64,000 nucleotides of DNA from Rhizobium sp. Q54. Lineage in GTDB: Bacteria; Pseudomonadota; Alphaproteobacteria; Micropepsales; Micropepsaceae. The translations under genes and the position numbers were made by a program. Location of the stretch: contig CAMAPL010000012.1 in assembly GCA_945860165.1 (NCBI GenBank), positions 679 through 64,678 of the forward strand, in the 5' to 3' direction. Under the pieces are notes generated by a model. That model was not told where the DNA came from and searched no databases. It was given only the letters and a program-made list of their open reading frames with translations. This document shows, piece by piece, positions 58,388 through 64,000 of the stretch; within the stretch, counting starts at the first letter, position 1; each line of letters opens with the position of its first letter.

Positions 58388-59707
58388 CTAGCGCGCCGTC
58401 ACGCCCAGAGCGGGATCGGGACGCGGGAAGATGGTCCAGCGCGAATCCTGCCGGACGTCGCCCGGCGGCGCGGTCCATGCCAGCGCCGAAAGTCCGTTCA
58501 GATCATAGACGATCTTGCCGTCCTTCAAGGTCAGTTCCGCCACCAGCTTTTGCGATCCGTCCACTCTTGTATTGCCCATGTCGGTATAGCCGAACTTGCC
58601 CTTCTGCACGCTGATGACCGCGATATCGGCCACCGAGCCGGGCGACAGGTTGCCCAGGTCCTCGCGCTTGATCTGGCGCGCGGGATGGGCGGTCATGTCG
58701 GCAATCACTTCGGGCAGCGGCAGGCCCAGCGCCATCATCTTGCTGGCGACATTCAGAATGTCCTTGGTGGCGCTGTTCATGCTGCCGGTATGCAGATCGG
58801 TGGACAGCGAATCCGGCTTGAAGCCCTGCTTGATAATCGGCGCCGCCAGCATGAATTTGAAACTGCCGCCGCCGGTGCCGGTGTCGAAATAGATGCCGCG
58901 AGCGCGCCCTTCGACAAAGGCCTTGCTGGGCCCCTGGGTCGCCGGGTCCTGCTCCTGGCGTAGGCCGGAGAACATGTGGGTGTAGATGTCGCCAGGACGC
59001 AGCTTCTTGGTCAGCAGATCATAGAGCGGACGGGCGGGCTGGTCGGTGCCGAAATCCACCATCACGGGAAGCTTGGCGCGATTGCCGGCGATCACCGCCT
59101 CGTCGATCGGCTTCCATTCGGGCCCACCAAAGTGGGCGGACTTCACGCCGACAATCACGTTCGGATAGCGCTGCGCCATTTTTGCGGTCGCCTCGCCGTC
59201 CATATCGGCCATGTCCTGTTCCCATTTGCCGCCGCGCATGCCGTGACCCACGATATTGAGCATGGCCAGAACGCGGGTCCTGGAACGGTCGATGATGCGG
59301 TCCTTGAAATCCTCGAAATTGCGCCAGCCGGCGCACCCGGCATCGATCACCGTGGTAACGCCGCTGCGGAAGGTGAAGCCATCCGGCGGCACGCTGAGAT
59401 CGCCGGCATAGGAGCCCTTCTCGCCGGTGCCGTTATAGACATGGACATGCAAATCAATCAGCCCGGGCGAAACCACCATGCCGCGCACATCGATGGTCTT
59501 GATCGCATCGCCGGCGAACAGGCCCGGCGCCACGCGGGCGATCTTGCCGTCCTTGATGGCGACGTCCATCACCCCGTCGATGCTGTTCCTAGCGTCGATG
59601 ACGCGCCCGCCGCGCAGCAGCAGGTCGTAGCTGGGAAGCGGCCGGGCGGCCGAGGCTCCCGCGATCAGCAGCGCCACCGCGGCGCAAGCAAGAAACTTGT
59701 TCTTCAT
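58388..59707 (-). CDS. Exported amidohydrolase/deacetylase-family metallohydrolase (dihydroorotase-like)
   Basis: I take the start at MKNKFLACAAVALLIAGASAA (a Sec leader). LLLRGGRVIDA...DVAIKDGKIARV...SPGLIDLHVHVY is the amidohydrolase HxH region. An ATGA overlap links it to the upstream gene. Confidence 0.8.
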   Translation of the reverse strand: MKNKFLACAAVALLIAGASAARPLPSYDLLLRGGRVIDARNSIDGVMDVAIKDGKIARVAPGLFAGDAIKTIDVRGMVVSPGLIDLHVHVYNGTGEKGSYAGDLSVPPDGFTFRSGVTTVIDAGCAGWRNFEDFKDRIIDRSRTRVLAMLNIVGHGMRGGKWEQDMADMDGEATAKMAQRYPNVIVGVKSAHFGGPEWKPIDEAVIAGNRAKLPVMVDFGTDQPARPLYDLLTKKLRPGDIYTHMFSGLRQEQDPATQGPSKAFVEGRARGIYFDTGTGGGSFKFMLAAPIIKQGFKPDSLSTDLHTGSMNSATKDILNVASKMMALGLPLPEVIADMTAHPARQIKREDLGNLSPGSVADIAVISVQKGKFGYTDMGNTRVDGSQKLVAELTLKDGKIVYDLNGLSALAWTAPPGDVRQDSRWTIFPRPDPALGVTAR

Positions 59708-61302
59708 ATGCGCACTGCCGTCCATGGAACCACCCCGTATTCGCCCAGATCCACCGTGCCCACCATAGTGTTACCATTAGCGGTCCCCTTGAAGCGCCAG
59801 TCGATACCGCTCAATCCGCCGGTCGCCCGGCCGCTGCTGCCTGACACCGGCATGTAGCTGCGCATTTCGATCGTGTTGGCGCGTACCATGCCCGTCAACG
59901 TACCCTGGTAGATTTCGCCCTTTTGCATACCAGTCAATTCACCGCCCGACTGCTGCAGGGTGAACTGATGCTCGCCCTGGCCGCGCACATATTTGATCGT
60001 CACGGCCCAGTTGCCGGCCAGCGAAGCCAGCAGTCCTTTGGAGACTGGCGGATTAGAGTAAGTGCCTGGATTGCTGAGTGCCGCATGAAGCTCATCCGCC
60101 ACGATCCGCTCCTCGCCTGGGTCCATCATATAGGGCATGATAGTGATATAACTAGCCATCGGATTCGGACGGGTACCGGTGCCGCCTTGTACCATAATGC
60201 GCGGCGTTCCCGCATCCAGCTTCGCCACCAGTTCGGTACCGGTGATGCCCAGCGCCTCAGCATCCCAGTGAATGCGCAAGCGCGTGGACTTGTTGGAAAG
60301 ATCCTCGGGCTGAAGATATTCAAACCGGGTTGATTCCAGCGACTTCAGCCGCGCCTCGATATGCTCCAGCCACTGGCGCCACATACGCTGCTCGCCGTCA
60401 TGATCGCGCTGATACCATTGGCGAACCGCCGCCAGCAGGCCCATGGATTCTTCTTTGGAGCATTTCAGCGGCCGGCCATAATTATGGTGCGGCGAGGCGT
60501 TGAAATAGGCTGCCTTGCACAGATCCTTCGGCCCCAGCAGCATGCCGGAAGATTGCGGACCCCGCATGCACTTGCCGCCGGAATAACCCACCATAGTCGC
60601 GCCCGCAGCCAGGTGGATGTTGGGCTTGACCGGCTCTTCCGCTGCCGCGTCTACGAAGGTCGGAATATTTTTCTCTTTGGCGATTTCGCAGATGGCCTTT
60701 ATTGGTAGCACGCTCTTAGCCTCTTCCGGCGAAGACAAGATGTAGATCATCGCGGTGCGTGGGTTGATAGCGCGGTGTAGGTCTTCGGCTGTCTGGACCT
60801 CGACCACCTCAGCGCCCACCATGCGCACCCCGATGTCATACTGGTTGCGCGAGTGCCATGGGATGATCACCTGGTCCTTGGCCTTGATGTGCGGCAAGGC
60901 TTGGGCCTTTTCGACATCAGTGCCGACCATGCAGGCCACAGTCGCCTGCACGATTGCCGCCGCACAGCCATTGGTGGTGATACCCCAGGGCGCGTTGGTC
61001 AGCTTCGCAAGCTCAGCGCCGATGCCGTCCATAAGCTCATCGAGATGGACGTGATAGTGAGAGGCTTCGAACATCGCCTGCTTGACCTCAGGCAGCGAGC
61101 GCGAGCCGGAGATGATGGTATAGGTGCCGCGCGCGTTCAAAATCGGGCGCACACCGATACGGGTATAAAGATTGTCACGTTCGTTTACGGCATGGGCAGG
61201 CAGCCCTTGCGCCGCTGCCGGTGCCGGTGCCGCTACCAGCACCACGGGCGCAACCGCGCCGGAACTTTTGAGAATGTCACGCCGCGACCACTTGCCAAAC
61301 AT
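59704..61302 (-). CDS. Tat-signal PLP-dependent enzyme of the SelA/DgaE-like fold-type I family with an extra C-terminal domain
   Basis: I take the start at MFGKWSRRDILKSSGAVAPVVLVAAPAPAAAQG, preceded by SD AAGGAG. ...GVRPILNARGTYTIISGS...WGITTNGCAAAI...SGGKCMRGPQSSG... (a candidate PLP-lysine region) fits SelA-like enzymes as I recall them. About 110 aa of extra beta-rich sequence sits at the C-terminus. Confidence 0.72.
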   Translation of the reverse strand: MFGKWSRRDILKSSGAVAPVVLVAAPAPAAAQGLPAHAVNERDNLYTRIGVRPILNARGTYTIISGSRSLPEVKQAMFEASHYHVHLDELMDGIGAELAKLTNAPWGITTNGCAAAIVQATVACMVGTDVEKAQALPHIKAKDQVIIPWHSRNQYDIGVRMVGAEVVEVQTAEDLHRAINPRTAMIYILSSPEEAKSVLPIKAICEIAKEKNIPTFVDAAAEEPVKPNIHLAAGATMVGYSGGKCMRGPQSSGMLLGPKDLCKAAYFNASPHHNYGRPLKCSKEESMGLLAAVRQWYQRDHDGEQRMWRQWLEHIEARLKSLESTRFEYLQPEDLSNKSTRLRIHWDAEALGITGTELVAKLDAGTPRIMVQGGTGTRPNPMASYITIMPYMMDPGEERIVADELHAALSNPGTYSNPPVSKGLLASLAGNWAVTIKYVRGQGEHQFTLQQSGGELTGMQKGEIYQGTLTGMVRANTIEMRSYMPVSGSSGRATGGLSGIDWRFKGTANGNTMVGTVDLGEYGVVPWTAVRI

Positions 61303-61315
61303 GCTTTTGCTCCTT

Positions 61316-61795
61316 TTAGATGTAGGCGATGACGTCAATTTCAACCAGGGAATTGCCGGGGATGCCGCTGGCTGGCGCCACCGTGCTGCGTACCGGCGGG
61401 ACTGGACCCCAGTCATAAGAGCGGTAGACCGCATTCATCGCATTATAATCGCCTAGGTCGTTCAAAAAGACGCTGACCTTGAGGCACTTCTGCAGCGAGG
61501 AGCCAGCGTCAATGAGATTCTTGGAAATCTCGTCCAGCACCGTCTTGGTATGTTCTTCGATGGTGCCGAAATAATGCGCCCCAACGCCCGACAGGAAGAG
61601 CATGTTGCCGTAGGCGACGGCGCGCGAATACATCGGCCGGGCGACCGGCGGATTGGGCGCCGGATAGGGCGAGCGCTTTTCCAGTTTCGGCTGCGCCTGG
61701 GCCTCGTTGCCCTTGCCCAGCATCGCCGCGCCCGTGGCGGCAACCGCGGCGACCGCGCCTTTGGTTAAGAGGCCGCGCCTTGATTTTTTTTCCAT
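61316..61795 (-). CDS. RidA/YjgF-family protein with Tat signal
   Basis: MEKKSRRGLLTKGAVAAVAATGAAMLG... is a 35-aa twin-arginine extension. The RidA core follows (YSRAVAYGNMLFLSGV...KVSVFLNDLGDYNAMNAVY...PVRSTV...LVEIDVIAY). Confidence 0.84.
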   Translation of the reverse strand: MEKKSRRGLLTKGAVAAVAATGAAMLGKGNEAQAQPKLEKRSPYPAPNPPVARPMYSRAVAYGNMLFLSGVGAHYFGTIEEHTKTVLDEISKNLIDAGSSLQKCLKVSVFLNDLGDYNAMNAVYRSYDWGPVPPVRSTVAPASGIPGNSLVEIDVIAYI

Positions 61796-61924
61796 GTAAC
61801 ATGCCCGACTATGCTTTAGGCCAATGTCCCCCGGCCATAGCGGCAGGCTATCACAAAATCCGGGACCTCCAAGGCCGCCGGTCTTGCTGCGGGGCGTTCA
61901 AATCCGTCGGTGCAACCGTGGCGC

Positions 61925-63073
61925 CTAGTCCGCGGGCGCAACATCGTCGGTCATGGTCGACATCGCAATGCCGCGTTTGCGCTTCTTCAGCCACATGATG
62001 GTGCCGGTGATGACGAACAGCAGCGGCACCAGGCCCGACAGGAAGACCAGGAATTCCCAGATCGGGCCCAGATTGCCCTGGCCGTCATGCATCGGACGCT
62101 GCAGCGCCATGAAGCTGTCGCCGCCGCCATTGTTGGCCACGTCGCGCACAGCGATTACCGCGCCGGTGTTGGGATGGATAGAGACTGTGGCGGTGGTGCC
62201 GAAGCGCGAGGCGACCGCGGCGGTCAGCGGCTCGTCGGCCTTGGCCGGCATGGTGACGCTGCGCAACGCCCTGCCCGGCATCGCCTTTTTTGCGATCAGC
62301 ACCGCATGATCGGGGCCCAGGCGCCTGGCCCCCGCCACCAGTTGGACCACGGGCACGGGCGCGGGCGTACTGGCCGAGACGATGGCACGCATTGTCTGGG
62401 GGAAGGTGATGGCGACGCCCGAAAAGCTCACCGCCATGAAACCCACGAACATCCAGATGCCGGCGGCGGCGTGCAACTCGCGGTGGAAGCGCAGGCCGGT
62501 GGCAGTGCGGCGCACCAGGAAGGCATACTTCCATTGGCCGCGCTTGGGCCACCACAACACGATGCCCGTCAGGCCGAGCAACACCATGCCGACGCCCAGC
62601 CAGCCCACCACGGGGTGGCCGAACTCGCGGCCCAGCTGCAAGCTGCCGTGAAACTGATGCAGCCAGTGAAAGACCGGCAACCGGCCGTCACGGCGCACGT
62701 CCAGCGTCACGCCAGAAGCCGGATCGACATAGAGCTGAAGGTTCACCGGCGCTTCCAGTGAAGCAGGAACCTTGCGATGCTTGCCGCTCAGACGCACCAA
62801 AACCGTCTCGCCAGGTTCAGCTGGTGGCAGGAACTGGATCTGGCCGCCCTCTTCGGCTTGCACCACGCGGCGCGCATACTCCCCGATGATGGTCAGTGGC
62901 ACGGGTGGCCCCGCCGTGACCGCCTTGGGGGGCGGCGCGATCCAATCGGTTAGCTTGTCGTCATAAACCAGGATACTGCCCGACAGGCTGACCGCGACGA
63001 ACAGCACGCCCAAGACAAGCCCGACCCACAAATGAATCTGAAACAGGGCACTGCGGAAGGTAGCGAACTTCAT
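61925..63073 (-). CDS. PepSY-domain/PepSY-associated TM-helix membrane protein (PiuB-like)
   Basis: MKFATFRSALFQIHLWVGLVLGVLFVAVSLSGSILVYDD... and the C-terminal ...HDGQGNLGPIWEFLVFLSGLVPLLFVITGTIMW are typical of the family. Confidence 0.8.
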   Translation of the reverse strand: MKFATFRSALFQIHLWVGLVLGVLFVAVSLSGSILVYDDKLTDWIAPPPKAVTAGPPVPLTIIGEYARRVVQAEEGGQIQFLPPAEPGETVLVRLSGKHRKVPASLEAPVNLQLYVDPASGVTLDVRRDGRLPVFHWLHQFHGSLQLGREFGHPVVGWLGVGMVLLGLTGIVLWWPKRGQWKYAFLVRRTATGLRFHRELHAAAGIWMFVGFMAVSFSGVAITFPQTMRAIVSASTPAPVPVVQLVAGARRLGPDHAVLIAKKAMPGRALRSVTMPAKADEPLTAAVASRFGTTATVSIHPNTGAVIAVRDVANNGGGDSFMALQRPMHDGQGNLGPIWEFLVFLSGLVPLLFVITGTIMWLKKRKRGIAMSTMTDDVAPAD

Positions 63074-63206
63074 GGCGTCATCCTCATGCGTCCACCTGTG
63101 CGGCGGAGAAAGTTATGGTTGGGGCCACCGATCCGGTCGCTGACTTCCACGCGATGTCGCGGGGCCCTGAATGGGTGCGGAATATCAAGCATACCGCCAA
63201 CGCGGT

Positions 63207-63223
63207 TTGCAAGTGACTTGCAA
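63207..63223. promoter_or_regulatory. Perfect 17-bp palindrome, candidate operator upstream of the PepSY gene
   Basis: TTGCAAGT-G-ACTTGCAA lies 134 nt upstream of the PepSY start and 26 nt downstream of the PQQ-dehydrogenase stop. Confidence 0.3.
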
Positions 63224-63248
63224 CCTCACCTTGCGATGGCTGGCCTGA

Positions 63249-64000
63249 TTACAGCCGAAAGCTCACCAGCTGGCCTGGCATGCCGCCGGACACCGCGACG
63301 GCGATATATTGCGTGCCGTTGACGGCATAGGTCATGGGCGAGCCGGTGACCCTGGTGGGAAGCGGCACCGCACCCACTTCCTTGCCGGTCGCCTTGTCAT
63401 AGGCGCGCAGCCACCCACTCAGTTTTCCATCCGGTCCGGTGGTGGCGGTGCCGTCGCCGGCAATAATCAGGTTTTTTGTCACCAGCACGCCGACTTTTCC
63501 CTTCGAGCCGGTGCGAGGAATGGTCATGCCTTTCAGCGCGGGATTGTTGCGCACTTCATCCGGGGTTTCGCCATGCGGCACCTGCCAGATGATCTCGCCC
63601 TTGTTGAGGTCGATTGCCGTGATCTGGCCGTAAGGCGGCTTCATCAGTGGCATGCCCTGCACCGTCGTCCGGACGATGCCCGGGCGGGGCGTCTCGCCCG
63701 CGACTGCAGGCGGCGAGGCCACGCCCAGCATCCAGCCGACATCGGTGACGGCGGGATTGGCCGGGATGTGGCCGGTGGGACTGTAGGAAAGGTTCGAGAA
63801 TATGTAGAAAATGTTGGTGTCGGGATCGAAGGCGCCGCCCGGCCACTGCGCCGCGCCATCGCCATTGGGATTCATGATGGTGGCCAGCGGACGCGGCCAT
63901 TTGCTGGCGGATGGTGGCGTGAACAGGGGCCCGATGCGGTAATTGAAAACCAGCTGCTCGGCCTCGGCGCGCAAGGCGGGCGTGAAATCAATCAGATCTT
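63249..64000 (-). CDS. PQQ-dependent dehydrogenase (quinoprotein), C-terminal part; 5' end lies beyond the window
   Basis: The frame stays open to the window edge (..DLIDFTPALRAEAEQLV...). ...AQWPGGAFDP..., ...ITAIDLNKGEIIWQVPHG... and ...GWLRAYDKATGKEVGAVPLP...SPMTYAVNGTQYIAVAVSG are beta-propeller W-motif blades. Confidence 0.8.
   Translation of the reverse strand, partial: DLIDFTPALRAEAEQLVFNYRIGPLFTPPSASKWPRPLATIMNPNGDGAAQWPGGAFDPDTNIFYIFSNLSYSPTGHIPANPAVTDVGWMLGVASPPAVAGETPRPGIVRTTVQGMPLMKPPYGQITAIDLNKGEIIWQVPHGETPDEVRNNPALKGMTIPRTGSKGKVGVLVTKNLIIAGDGTATTGPDGKLSGWLRAYDKATGKEVGAVPLPTRVTGSPMTYAVNGTQYIAVAVSGGMPGQLVSFRL

Noticed and set aside
58143-58478. Full 111-aa version of the small ORF (similar in length to rhamnose mutarotase)
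   Set aside because: The first 33 codons overlap the 3' end of the amidohydrolase gene by 91 nt. They read MDRAAGRRPAGFALDHLPASRSRSGRDG, which is not RhaM-like. The start at 58379 is more plausible.

Overview
GC-rich chromosomal segment, almost certainly from an alphaproteobacterium. The diagnostic features are a circularly permuted two-piece tmRNA gene (tag ANDNEMALAA) next to an alpha-type sspB, and an lpxC-bamD-recN-ligA block. I call about 60 protein genes, 2 tRNAs and 1 tmRNA. There is no rRNA and no CRISPR.

Housekeeping genes: thyA, fumC, uvrD, prmA, an M24 aminopeptidase, ligA, recN, bamD, lpxC, tRNA-Pro(CGG) and tRNA-Gln(UUG).

Accessory content:
- A czc-type RND metal-efflux operon in the order small His-rich ORF, MFP, RND, DUF3240, OMF. 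It lies in a probable islet between tRNA-Gln and a 5' relic of tRNA-Gly.
- A glucarate/galactarate cluster (kdgD, lysR, MFS, gudD, garD).
- Two GMC-flavoprotein modules.
- An ApbE-DUF2271 fusion followed by a PepSY membrane protein.
- Mobile DNA, all decayed: an IS3-family element with a nonsense codon in orfB, next to a PQQ-dehydrogenase relic; a 93-bp MITE made of that element's two ends, fused to the 3' end of a deacylase gene; a 931-bp IS5-family element with a frameshift plus a nonsense codon; and an IS3-type stub that truncates an AlbA_2-domain gene.
- A composite palindromic repeat family at five gene 3' ends.
- Two short genes missed by the 60-aa ORF track: an orphan Flp pilin and a 49-aa membrane protein.

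The most interesting signal is two clusters (46.5-50.0 kb and 56.5-61.8 kb) in which normally cytoplasmic enzyme families all carry Tat or Sec leaders. These are an enolase-superfamily enzyme, an RraA-like protein, RidA, a SelA/DgaE-like PLP enzyme and an amidohydrolase. The second cluster also has a 78-aa Tat-like mini-protein translationally coupled to a leaderless GMC flavoprotein. This suggests uncharacterised periplasmic catabolic modules.

All calls rest on reading the sequence and recalled family signatures. No database search was run. Start codons and element boundaries are approximate where stated.
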